64,000 nt of DNA from Mustelus asterias. Its lineage: Eukaryota. Shown in pieces: positions 38,605-51,245 of the stretch (position 1 is its first letter; each line of letters begins with the position of its first letter). The notes under the pieces are model-generated. The model did no database searches. It saw nothing but the letters and a program-made list of their open reading frames with translations, and was not told where the DNA came from. A program made the position numbers and the translations under genes. Location of the stretch: contig NC_135819.1 of NCBI RefSeq assembly GCF_964213995.1, forward strand, positions 46,996,001 through 47,060,000. Reading direction: 5' to 3'.

Positions 38605-40732
38605 CATAGAACATAGGACATTACAGTGCAGTACAGGCCCTTCAGCCCTCGATGTTGCACCGACCAGTGAAACCAATCTAAAGCCCATCTAACCTACACT
38701 ATTCCAGTATCATCCATATGTTTAGCCAATGACCATTTAAATGCCCTTAATGTTGGCGAGTCCACTACTGCTGCAGGCAGGGCATTCCACGTCCTTACTA
38801 CTCTCCGAGTGAAGAACCTACCTCTGACATCTGTCCTATGTCTATCACCCCTCAATTTAAAGCTATGTCCCCTCGTGCTAGCTATCACCATCCGAGGAAA
38901 AAGGCTCTCACTATCCACCCTGTCTAATCCTCTGATCATCTTGTATGCCTCTATTAAGTCACCTCTTAACCACCTTCTCTCTAACGAAAACAACCTCAAG
39001 TCCCTCAGCCTTTCCTCCTAAGACCTTCCCACCATGCCAGGTAACATCCTGGTAAATCTCCTCTGCACCCTTTCCAATGCTTCCACATCCTTCCTATAAT
39101 GCGGCGACCAGAACTGTACGCAATACTCCAAGTGCGGCCGCACCAGAGTTTTGTACAGCTGCAACATGACCTCCACCAATAAAAGCTAACACTCCGTACG
39201 CCTTCTTAACAACCCTATCAACTTGGGTGCCAACTTTCAGGGATCTATGCACATGCACATCAAGATCTCTCTGTTCATCCACACTACCAAGTATCTTACC
39301 ATTAGCCCAGTACTCTGTAATCCTGTTACTCCTTCCAAAGTGAATCACCTCACACTTTTCCGCATTGAACTCCATTTGCCACCTCTCAGCCCAGCGCTGC
39401 AGCTTATCTGTGTCCCTCTGTAACCTGCAACAACCTTCCGCACTGTCCACAACTCCACCGACTTTAGTGTCATCCGCAAATTTACTAACCCATCCTTCTA
39501 CGCCCTCATCCAGGTCATTTATAAAAATGACAAACAGCAGTGGCCCCAAAACAGATCCTTGCAGTACACCACTAGTAACTGAATTCCAGGATGAACATTT
39601 CCCATCAACCACCACCCTCTGTCTTCTTACAGCTAGCCAATTCCTGATCCAAACCGCTAAATCACCCTCAATCCCATGCCTCCGTATCTTCTGCAATAGC
39701 TTACCGTGGGGAACCTTATCAAATGCTTTACTGAAATCCATATACACCACATCAACTGCTTTACCCTCAACTACCGCTTTGGTCACCTTCTCAAAGAACT
39801 CAATAAGGTTTGTGAGGCACGACCTACCCTTCACAAAACCGTGTTGACTATCCCTAATCAAATTATTCCTTTCTCGATGATTATAAATCCTATCTCTTAT
39901 AATCCTTTCCAAAACTTTGCCCACAACAGAAGTAAGGCTCACTGGTCTATAATTACCAGGGTTGTCTCTACTCCCCTTCTTGAACAAGGGGACACCATTT
40001 GCTATCCTCCAGTCTTCTGGCACTATTCCTGTAGACAATGACAACATAAAGATCAAAGCCAAAGGCTCTGCAATCTCCTCCCTCGCCTCCCAGAGAATCC
40101 TAGGATAAATCCCATTCAGCCCAGGGGACTTATCTATTTTCACACTTTCCAGAATTGCTAACACCTCCTCCTTATTAACCTCAATCCCGTCTAGTCCAAT
40201 GGCCTGTATCTCAGTATTCTCCTCGACAACATTGTCTTTTTCCTGCGTGAATACTGATGAAAAATATTCATTTAGCGCCTCTCCTTTCTCTTCAGGCTCC
40301 ACGCACAACTTCCCACTACTGTCCTTGACTGGCCCTAATCTTACCCGAGTCATTCTTTTATTCCTGACATACCTATAGAAAGCTTTAGGGTTTTCCTTGA
40401 TCCTACCTGCCAAAGACTTCTCATGTCCCCTCCTGGCTCTTCTTAACTCTCTCTTTAGGTCCTTCCTGACTAACTTGTAACTCTCAAGCGCCCTAACTGA
40501 GCCTTCACGTCTCATCTTTACACAAGTCTCCTTCTTCCTCTTCACAAGAGATTCAACGTCTTTTGTAAACCACGGTTCCCTCACTCAACCACTTTCTCCC
40601 TGCCTGACAGGTACATACTTATCAAGGACACGCAGTAGCTGTTCCTTGAACAAGCTCCACATTTCAATTGTGCCCATCCCCTGCAGTTTCCTTCCCCAAC
40701 CTATGCATCCTAAATCTCGCCTAATCGCATCA
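38605..40732 (-). mobile_element. CR1 LINE nested in an older CR1 (496-aa ORF2 piece, then a frameshifting deletion)
   Basis: ORFs 39094..40584 and 38694..38999. catagaacatag tail. Confidence 0.96.
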
Positions 40733-41138
40733 CAGACAGATAATTTATCGGAGATAGGTGGGATGCAGATTTAAGATTACTATCAGATCAGCCATGATCA
40801 TCTTAAATGGCAGAGTCGGCTCAAGAGGCTGAATGGTCCAATCCTGGTTGGCATGTGTCAGTATGTGGTTGGACCAGGGTATTTAATCTATTTGCAGAAA
40901 TAACTGGCAAGGGATAAAGGTAAGCTTCAACTCCAGCACTGTTACATGTTCCATGGAATGCAATATCAGAGAAAAATGCTGGAGTTGCATCATCTTTGAC
41001 AATTGGTGCAACTTATTGAAGATTTCCTAAATAACATTAAGCAACAGTGCAGTTTGTATTGTTTCCAGTTAGAAATCAGATGGCAATTTTCATTCTGTGA
41101 TTTAATTAAACTTTTTCTGTTTCCTTTCTGTGGCAAAG

Positions 41139-41239
41139 CCTATGAGAAATCAAAGATTGAACTGGCTTCAATCAAAAAACAAAGTGATGGACTGGCGAGG
41201 GAATATGATCGTCTTCTGCAGGAGCATGAAAAGATACAG
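41139..41239 (+). CDS. BCAP29: BCAP29 coding exon 6 (AYEKSKIELASIKKQSDGLAREYDRLLQEHEKIQ)
   Basis: Lies within ORF 41003..41332. QSxGLxxEYDRLLxEH motif. Pyrimidine tract + aag| acceptor, CAG|gtaaga donor. 101 nt. Confidence 0.93.
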
Positions 41240-41407
41240 GTAAGAAAACTTGCCCACCTAAGTTGCTATTACTCTTTCTCTTTGCCATTTTTACTATTAG
41301 GGGTCACAGAGTACACCGTCATATTTAAATAAAAAGAATATGCATGATCCTCAATGAGTGGGGAGGATGGGTGGTTGTTAAAATGAACAGTTAAAGATGG
41401 AATAGAA

Positions 41408-41512
41408 GGGGTGGGATTTTCCGTCCACGCTCGCCCCAAAACGGAAAATCCCACCTGAGGTCAACAGACCTTTGTATGGTCCATGGTGGGCGGGTTGGGA
41501 AAATTCCCTCCC
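41408..41512. mobile_element. Short MITE-like hairpin element in the last BCAP29 intron
   Basis: GGTGGGATTTTCCGT (41410-41424) pairs with ACGGAAAATCCCACC (41441-41455). Terminal aaaattccctccc. Homologous to 52226-52352. Confidence 0.7.
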
Positions 41513-41576
41513 ATGGTTTATAAGTGTTTATTACTGTTAACTGACTAAATATTAAAAACTTATTGTACTCTTTCAG

Positions 41577-41612
41577 GGTCTTGTTGACACACATGATAAG
41601 AAGGAGGAATAA
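41577..41612 (+). CDS. BCAP29: BCAP29 last coding exon (GLVDTHDKKEE*), KKxx ER-retrieval signal
   Basis: tttcag| acceptor, TAA at 41610-41612. Total CDS is 726 nt = 241 aa + stop. Confidence 0.92.
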   Translation, partial: GLVDTHDKKEE

Positions 41613-43206
41613 CCTGCAAAAGGTTTTTCCTTGTGCCTTTGGATATCATCTGCAACAACAGAAACTTATTTTCTTATCTGCAAAATGAAGCTAAAAGTGA
41701 AGTGAGTCACTGTTCACAAGAAATTAAGTTGATAACTGTTTTCACATACATGAAAGTTCAGTTTGTCATGCTTCAATCATTTATATACCAAAAATGGGAA
41801 TCTAAATAACAAGTAGGTTGGAACATGGCTCTTTCTGCTTTGATGTCTGCTAGAAGCTGAATAGATGAACCACATGTGAGTGCATTCACATGGCAGATTT
41901 CCAAGTAACAATTTCATACAGCTTTTATCCCAAGTTTTGAGCATCCTTATCAGCTATTTGGTATGCCAAACTTCAAATTCTAAATATCCAAATACAATGC
42001 TATACAATGGCCTCAATCCAACTCTTCATGCAAGAGGTTTTGACCAACAATTGCACCTGCCATTATGCCAATTCCCTCCAGATTGTTTGGATCCACATCT
42101 TGCTTTGAAACTTTTCTTTCATTAAAGAAAGATGAAGGTACTTTTTGTCCCGTCTCTCAGTGGTTCCATGGAACTGTATCAAAGCAATAGTCAGCATCCA
42201 TTAGAACCCCTGAGTACCACTGTGAATCAATTAGTTGGGATATACGTGTCTTCCATTTTCCAGTCAGTACCTTGCGAATGTCTACTTGAGCATAGCAAAG
42301 TCTTAATATTCCACTTGGAGTATTTGCCTGATATCTTGCCATAGCCTTATCCGTGTTGTATCCAGTATGTTCAAGAATGTTATGTAAAGCAAAAGGTAAT
42401 ATGCTCTTTTGTTCCTAAAATCTTAAGTTCTGTTTACAATTAAATTTCCATTATCCCCAGAATAGAAAGAGGCCTTTGGCTGATGATGGAAATTGACAAA
42501 TAAATGAGTTTGAATACAAATTGTCTTGCATGTATGGTACCAGAAAACGCTAGGCATACATGAAAATATGTACAATATGAATAGCTTAAAATGAAAACAA
42601 TCTTTCTTGGACTGAGTAGTTGTTTAACGTTAGTCGGGCTGACATGGTTGTTTAATGGTCTGTGTGTTGAAGCAGATCCTTGCGCTAGGCTTTATCCTGA
42701 AAATTTTGGCAGGATAATTGTGAAAATTGTTTTTGAGTTCAGTCTGTTGAAAACAATAATGTAATAACACTTAGTTATCCCATTCTATGTATGACTTTAA
42801 AATCTTTGCAAATCCCATTAATTAATTTTACTTTCATCGGAATTCAAGAAGTCATAGGGGAATTTTTATTTAGTAAATTCATTTTGGGCTCCCTGTTGAC
42901 TGTATATATGAGCTAAATGAAGAGACGGTGCTGAAAAGTTCTTTACCACCACATACTTATTCTGATTCCATTCTCTGTTTTTCACTTCCTTAAATTGACG
43001 TCCCCGCATCTTCCAATCACAGACTGTAACATAACGGGTGAAAAAAAACTGTGCTGCTTTGTTTGAAATATAAAACTTAAAATTTTGTAGTCTTCTCATG
43101 ATCACTGTAGTAGATATACAAACGTCCAGTAATAGTGTCTGCATGTCAATTTACTTGAGTTTTTTTTACAAACTGCATTTTTTTGTCAAAGATCTTATGC
43201 TTGTAC

Positions 43207-43226
43207 AATAAAAATCTAAAATTAAA
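43207..43226 (+). terminator. Probable BCAP29 polyadenylation signals (AATAAA 43207-43212, ATTAAA 43221-43226), implying a ~1.6 kb 3'UTR
   Basis: Two hexamers close a repeat-free AT-rich stretch after the stop codon and are followed by GT-rich sequence. Confidence 0.6.
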
Positions 43227-44309
43227 CTTTTAATGGTGTCTTATTGCAAGATCCCATAGGTTCTGGTGAGTGCTACTCCCTTTTCTTCACTCCCCCACCC
43301 ACCTTTCTTTATTATTTGTACCTCAGGATCATTTCACTGGTATGAACCCATGCTTATATCAGTCACTAGGAAATGATGGAAGTTTCAACTAAGATTTTCT
43401 ACTTCCCCATATACAAAGTGAATGAACAAACTCAAACAATATATTCATGAGAAAGAAGAAAAACATTGGAATGAATAGGCAATATGAATGATTAATTAGA
43501 TAATAGGCAGAACTGCATCTCTTATTACCTTTCTCCACATTTTTAGGTCTACAAAATGTTATATCTTACATTATTTTAATTCCTTTCTGGAATACATGTT
43601 CACTTCCACCATAGGTGTCTACTACTTCCCATATTGCCTCCCCTCACATATTGTGTGTCAGCCACAAAGCAATGGCTATGATGGTAAGCTTGGGCAGCTT
43701 GATTTTAATCACTGGCAATGCTGCCTTTACCTATACAATCCACAATGGTAAAATCAATCTCCATTTTAAAGCCTCATTTTCATTTTCACGCTGGGTTCCA
43801 ATAGACATTTTCGGTTAGAAGCTGGTTTTTAAACTAGCGAATGTACCTCAAGTGTGAGAGATGCAGTCTGTACCCAGAGCTGCAAGCAAGAAAGCTCACA
43901 ATCTTTCAACAAGAGGTTTGGTTGAATGTGCCATGTCTCGACCAAACTTGCCTGCTATCTTAATGCCAACTGGTGGTTTACCAATGGGCACCATCTGATG
44001 GCTACCTCTTCAAGTGCAGCTTGTGATTGGTAGACACTGTTGTCAAACTCCTGTCATCGCTTGGAAGCTGTTTGCCTTCCAATTCCAGATGCTGATGAGA
44101 AGGATTTCTGCACGAGTGGAAGCAACCCATGCAGCCAGGGTGAGGGGGTTTTTGGGGGTTTGCCAACAGTGAATAGAATGCAAGTGGCTAGTTAAAGGAT
44201 AAGACACTTGGGGGAAGCTGAAAACTGGGACATTTGAGCAATTAAGAGAAAACTGTCAGGATGTTTAGTTAAAAACCCAGACTGTCTTGGCTAAACTGGA
44301 GCATCTCAG

Positions 44310-44886
44310 AGTTATAGTGTTTTACAGCACAAAAAGAGGCCCTGTGGCCCATTGTGTCTGCGCCGGCCATCAAGCACATGTCTATTCTAATTCTATTTTC
44401 CAGCACTTGGTCCATAGCCTTGTATGCTATGGCATTTTAAGTACTTCTGAAATGTTCAGGATTAGCACCTTTACCACCCTTTCAGGCAGTGAGTTCCAGA
44501 TTCTCACCATCTCTGGACGAAAAAGCTTTTCCTCAAATCCCCTCTAAATCTTCTGTCCCTTATGTTAATTCCTGGTTATTGACATCTCTACTCCAGGGAA
44601 AAGTTAATTCCTATCTATTCGATCTATGTCCCTCATAATTTTGTACACCTCGTTCATGTCCCCCCTCAGTCCAGCCAGCCTCTCCTCATAGCTGAAACGC
44701 TTCAACCCAGGTAACATAGTGGTGAATCTACTCTGCACCTCTCTAGTGCAATCACGTCCTTCCTATGGTGTGGCGACCAGAACTGCATGCAGTACTCCAG
44801 CTGTGGCCTAACAAGCATTTTATGCAGCTCCATCATAAACTCCCTGCTCTTGTATTCTATGCTTCAGCTAATAAAGGCAAGTATCT
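44310..44886 (-). mobile_element. CR1 3' fragment
   Basis: rc of LVRPQLEYCMQFWSPH coding and a CR1 tail. Confidence 0.85.
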
Positions 44887-44970
44887 AGTCATCCACAATT
44901 AAAATGCCCACTGCCCATTCTCTGACTATGTTTCCTGAACACTGGATCTTCTCCCAAATTTGTGTATTGC

Positions 44971-47065
44971 AAAGAACAAAGAACAGTACAGCACAGGAAT
45001 AGGCCCTCCCACCCTCCAGGCTACACTGATCACATTGTCCTATCTAGACCAACCCCTTATATCCCTCTATTCCCCGTCTGTTCATGTGTCTATCCAGATA
45101 TGTCTTAAATGTCGCTAACGTATCTGCCTCAACCTCATTTGGCAGTGCGTTCCAGGCCCCCACCACTCACTGTGTAAAAACCTCCCCCGCACATCTCCAC
45201 TGAATCTTTCCCCCCCTTACCTTGAATTTGTGCCCCCTTGTAATTGTCATTTCTGCCCTGGGAAAAAGCTTCCAACTGTTCACCCTATCCATACTCCTCA
45301 ATTTTATAAACGTCTACAGGTTGCCCCTCAGCCTCTGTCTTTCCAGGGAGAATAATCCCAGTTTATTCAATCTCCCCTCATAGCTAATACCCTCCATACC
45401 AAGGCGACATTCTGGTAAACCTTTCTGTACTCTCTCCAAAGCCTCCAAATCCTTCTAATAGTGTGGTGACCAGAATTGGACACACCGTTCCAAATGTGGC
45501 CTAACCAACGTTTTAAATAACTGTAACATAATTTGCCAACTTTTGTACTCGATGCCCCGTCCGATGAAAACAAGCATGCCATATGCTTTCTTCACCATCT
45601 TTTCCATCTGTGCTGCCACATTTAAGGATCTGTGGACCTGCATGCCCAGATCTGTGTCTCTATGCTCCTGATGGTTCTGCCATTTATTTTATAGCTGCCA
45701 TCTGAATTGGATCTCCCAAAATGCATCACCTCACATTTGTCCAGATTAAATTTCATCTGCCATTTCTCCACCCAATTTTCCAGCCTATCTATATCCTGCT
45801 GTATTCTCTGACAATCTTCATCACTATCTGCAACTCCGCCAATCTTAGTATCATCCACAAACTTGCTAATCAGACCAGCTACGTTTTCTTCCAAGTCATT
45901 TATATATATTACAAACAGCAGAGGTCCCAGCACTGATCCCTGCGGAACACCAGTAGTTACAGACCTCCATTCAGAAAAACAGCCTTCCACTGCTATCCTC
46001 TGTCTTATATGGCCAAGCCAGTTCTGAATCCATCTAGCTAGTTCACCCCTGATCCCATGAGATTTAATCTTTTGCACTAGCCTGCCATGAGGGATCTTGT
46101 CAAAGCTTTACTAAAGTCCATGTAGACAACATCCATGGCCCTTCCCTCATCAATCATTTTTGTCACCGTCTCAAAAAACGCAACTAGATTAGTGAGACAT
46201 GACATCCCTCATGTAAAACCATACGGTCTGTTGATAACAAGACCATTCAGTTCCAAATGTGTATAGATCCTATCGCTAAGAATCTTCTTCAACAATTTCA
46301 CTATTACTGACGTCAAGCTCACTGGCCTATAATTGTACGGGTTATCCTTGCTACCCTTCTTAAATAACGGGACAACATTGGCTATCCTCCAATCTTCTGG
46401 GACTTCACCAATGGCCAACGAGGAAACAAGGATTTCTGTTAGAGGCCCAGCAATTTCCTCTCTTGTCTCCCTCAGTAATCTGGGATAGATGCCATCTGGC
46501 CCTGGGGATTTCTCTACCTTAATACTTTTTAATTCACCAACATTTCCTCCCTCATAATGATGACTTGTTCTAAAGGGTTTACACACCCCTCCGAGACACC
46601 ATCAATCGACATGTCCTTCTCCCTTGTGAATACCGATGCAAAGTACTCATTAAAGTACTTCCTTTGGTTCTACACATAATTTCTCTCCTTTGTCCTTGAG
46701 TGGACCAACTCTTTCTCTAGCTATCCTCTTTTTCCAAATATATGCATAAAATGCCTTGGGATGCTCCTTAATCCTGTCTGCCAAGGACATTTTGTGACCC
46801 CTTTTTTGCCCTCCTAACTCCCTGTTTGAGCTCTTTTCCAATTTCCTTGTATTCTTCAAATGCTTCATCTGTTTTTCGTTTCCCAGACCTCATGTATGCT
46901 TCCTTTTTCTTTTTGACTAGACTCTCAATTTCCCTGGTCATCCTCAGTTCCTGAATCCTGCCTTTCCTATCCTTCCTTTTCATAGGCACATGCCTGTCCT
47001 GCACTCTGATCAACTGCTCCTTAAAAGACTCCCACATGCCAAATGTGGATTTACCCTCCAACATT
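44971..47065 (-). mobile_element. CR1 LINE, 5'-truncated, frameshifted
   Basis: ORFs 45367-47076 are RT pieces. (aaagaac)n tail. Confidence 0.94.
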
Positions 47066-47106
47066 ACTCCAGACAAGACTCAAATTTTGCACCAGACTAC
47101 ACTGTA

Positions 47107-50100
47107 AAAGAACAAACAAAGAACAAAGAAAATTACAGCACAAGAACAGGCCCTTCGACCCTCCAAGCCTGCACTGATCATCTGCCCGACTTAACTAAAA
47201 CCCCCTACCCTTCCGGGGACCATATCCCTCGATTCCCATCCTATTCATGTATTTGTCCAGACGCCTCTTAAAAGTCACTATCGTCTCTGCTTCCACTACC
47301 TCCCCCGGCAGCGAATTCCAGACACCCACTACCCTCTATGTAAAAAGCCTGCCTCGTACATCTCCTTTAAACCTTGCCCCTCACACCTTAAACCTATGCC
47401 TCCAAGTAATTGACTCTTCCATCTTGGGAAAAAGCTTCTGACTATCGACTCTGTCCGTGCTTCTCATAATCTTGTCGACTTCTATCAGGTCGCCCCTCAA
47501 CCTCCATCGTTCCAGTGAGAACAAACCAAGTTTCTCCAACCTCTCCTCATAGCTAATGCCCTCCTTACCAGGCAATATCCTGGTAAATCTTTTCTGTACC
47601 CTCTCCAAAGCCTCCATATCCTTCTGGTAGTATGGTGAGCAGAATTGAACACTATATTCCAAGTGTGGCCTAACTAAGGTTCTATAAAGCTGCAACATTA
47701 CTTGCCAATTTTTAAACTCAATGCCCCGGCCGATGAAGGCAAGCATGCCGTATGCTTTCTTGACTACCTTCTCCACCTGCATTGCCACTTTCAGTGACCT
47801 GTGTACCTGTACACCCAGATCCCTTTGCCTATCAATAATCTTAAGGGTTCTGCCATTTACTATATATTTCCTATTTGTATTAGGCCTTCCAAAATGCATT
47901 ACCTCACATTTGTCCGGATTAAACTCCATCTGCCATCTCTCCGCCCAAGTCTCCAACCGATCTATATCCTGCTGTATCCTCTGGTGGTCCTCATCGCTAT
48001 CCGCAAATCCACCAACGTTTGTGTTGTCCGCAAACTTACTAATCAAACCAATTACATTTGCCTCCAAATTATTTATATATATGACAAATAACAAAGGTCC
48101 CAGCACTGATCCCTGAGGAATGCCACTTGTCACAGCCCTCCATTCAGAAACGCACCCTTCCACTGCTACCCTCTGTCTTCAATGACCGAGCCAGTTCTGT
48201 ATCCACCTTGCCAGCTCATCTCTGATCCTGTATGACTTCACCTTCTGCACCAGTCTGCCATGAGGGATCATGTCAAAGGCCTTACTGAAGTCCATGTAGA
48301 CAACATCCACTGCCCTATCCTTATCAATCATCTTCGTCACTTCCTCGAAAAATTAGATCAAGTTAGTGAGACACGACTTCCCCTTCACAAAACCATGCTG
48401 CCTCTCGCTACTACGTCCACTTGTTTCCAAGTGGGAATAAATCCTGTCGTGAAGAATCCTCTCCAATAATTTCCCTACCACTGATGTAAGGCTCACCGGC
48501 CTGTAATTACCTGGATTATTCTTGCTACCCTTCTAAAACAAAGGAACAACATTGGCTATCCTCCAATCCTCTGGGACCTCCCCTGTAAGAAGTCTCACAA
48601 CACCAAGTCAAAGTCCAACAGGTTCCTGTTGGACGTTAACCTGGTGTGAGACTTATTACTGTGCTTACCCCAGTCCAACACTGGCATCTCCACATCATGA
48701 CCTCCCCTGTAGTCAGTGAGGATACAAAGATTTCTCTCAAGGCCCCAGCAATTTCCTCCCTTGCCTCTCTCAGTATTTCAGGGTATATCCCATCAGGCCC
48801 TGGGGATTTGTCTACTTAAATGTTTCTCAAGAACCCAATACCTCTTCCTTTTTGATCTCAACATGACTCAAACTATCTACACACCCTTTCCCAGCCTCAT
48901 CATCCACCAAGTCCTTCGCTTTGGTGAATACTGGCGCAAAGTATTCATTTAATACCTCGCCCATTTCCTCTGGCTCCACGCATAGATTCCCTCCCTTGTC
49001 CTTGAGTGGGCCAACCCACTCCCTGGCTACCCTCTTGCTCTTTATATGTGTATAGAAAACCTTGGGATTTTCCTTAATCCTGCTGGCCAAAGCTTTTTCG
49101 TGACCCTTTTAGCCCTCCTTACTCCTTGCTTAAGTTTCTTTCTGCTTTCCTTGTATTTCACACTTGCTTCGTGTGTTCCCAACCTCCTAGCTTTGACAAA
49201 TGCTTCCTTTTACTCTTTGAATAGGCTCACAATATCTCTCATTATCCAAGGTTCCCAAAACTTGCCATACTTATCCTTCATTCTTATATGGATGTGCCGG
49301 TCCTGAATCCCTATCAACTTGCACTTGAAAGCCTCCCACATGCCAGATGTTGATTTGCCCTCAAACAACTGCCCCAATCTACATTCTTCAGTTCCTGCCT
49401 AATATTGTTGTAATTAGCCTTCCCCCAATTTAGCACCTTCACTTGAGGACTACACTTATCTTTATCCATCAGTACCTTAAAGCTTACTGAATTGTGGTCA
49501 CTGTTCCCGAACTGCACCCCTATTGAAACATCAACCACCTGGCCGGGCTCATTCCCCACTACCAGGTCCAGTATGGCCCCCTTCCCTAGTTGGACTATCT
49601 ACATACGGTTTCAAGAAGCCCTCCTGGATGCTTGTTAAAACTCTGCCCCATCCAAGCCCCTAGCACTAAGTGAGTCCCAGTCAATATAGGGGAAGTTAAA
49701 ATCTCCCACCACAACAACCCTGTTACTTTTACACCTTGCTAAAATCTGCCTACATATCTGTTCCTCTATCTCCTGCTGGCAGTTGGGTGGCCTATAGTAA
49801 ACCCCCTACATTGTGACTACACCCTTCCTATTCCTGAGCTCTACCCATATTGCCTCACTATATGAGCCCTCCGAGGTTTCCTCCCGCAGTGCAGCTGTGA
49901 TATTCTCCTTAACCAGTAGTGCAACTCCCCCCACCCCTTTTACATCCCCCTCTATCCCACCTGAAACATCTGTATGCTGGAATGTTAAGCTGCCAATCCT
50001 GTCATTCTCTTAACCAAGTCTCTGTAATGGCAACAACATCATAGTTCCTAGTACTAATCCAAGCTCTAAATTCATCTGCCTTACCTGTTACACTTCTTGC

Positions 50101-51245
50101 ATTGAAATAAATGCACTTCAATCCACCAGACCCTCTTTGATTAGCAACCACACCCTGCCTGTCCTTTCTCCGAGTCTTACTGGCCCTCGTCTCTGGTTCC
50201 CCTTCAGCTAATTCACCTTTGCTTTGGTTCCCACCCCCCTGCCAAACTAGTTTAAATCTCCCATGTGACATTAGCAAACCTCCCGGCCAGAATATTTATG
50301 CCCTTCCAGTTTAGATGCAACCCATCCTTTTTGTACAGATCCCATCTGTCCCAGAAGAGACCCCAATGGTCCAGATATCTGAAACCCTCCCTCCAAGACC
50401 AGCTGTTGAGCCACATGTTGAGCTGCACTATCTTCCTATTCCTAGCCTCACTAGCACGTGGCACAGGGAGTAATCCTGAGATTACAACCTTAGAGGTCCT
50501 GCTTTTTAACTTTCTACCTAACTCCCTAAACTGCTGCTACACGACCTCATCACTCTTCCTATGTCGTTAGTACCAATATGTACCACGATCTTTGGCTGTT
50601 CACCCTCTCCTTTCAGAATGCTTTACGCCCTTACAGAGACATCCTGGACCCTGGCACCAGGGAGGCAACATACCATCCTGGAGTTTCTTTCACATCCACA
50701 GAAGCGCCTATCTGCACCTCTAACTATAGAGCCCTAAAACGATTGCTCTAGTGCTCTTTGTCCCTCCCTGCTTAACAACAGAGCCAGCCGTGGTGCCACT
50801 GCTTTGGCTGCTGCTGCTGTCATCCCCTGATAGGCCATCCCCCCCAACAGTATTCAAAACGGTGTACTTGTTAGAGAGGGGGACGACCACTGGGGTTTCC
50901 TGTACTGACTGCCTGCCTCTTCTAGCAGTCACCCATCTATCTGCCTGCACCTTGGGTATGGCCACGTCTCTAAAGCTCCTATCTATGATGCTTTCCGCAA
51001 CCTTGATGCTCCTAAGTACATCCAACTGCTGCTCCAACCTATCCATGCGGTCTGTAGGGAGCTGCAAAAGGGTGCACTTCCTGCAGACGTAATCGCCCGA
51101 GACACTGGCAGTGTCACAGATCTCCCACATCTCACAAGTGCAGCACTTAACCCCACTGACCAACATTTAGAGCACCAATTAAATTATTTATATAAAATTC
51201 TTATCTTCACTTTTACCTTCTCACAGTGGCCTTTTTTTTTGGTTA
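47107..51245 (-). mobile_element. Near full-length CR1 LINE (ORF1 zinc-finger/leucine-zipper + esterase; ORF2 EN+RT), disrupted
   Basis: 50720..51166 CCTCEMW...YVCRKC..LEQQL; 50252..50464 KDGLHLN; 50002..50277 YFNARS..VAITETWL; RT 47381..48163. Confidence 0.95.
48588..48698. mobile_element. 111-bp palindromic mini-Penelope insertion within the CR1, 13-bp TSD
   Basis: GACCTCCCCTGTA at 48575-48587 and 48699-48711. The insert matches the outer ends of the 3409-4625 element. Confidence 0.88.

Noticed and set aside
41003-41332. 109-aa ORF as a standalone gene
   Set aside because: Only 41139-41239 is coding (BCAP29 exon). The remainder is intron read-through.
7017-41612. Calling the gene BCAP31
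   Set aside because: The diagnostic segments (YAEIG, WNRAFLTIII, YISGFSLFLWL, NTNxAAK) and the 241-aa length match BCAP29. Only the extreme C-terminus is BAP31-like.
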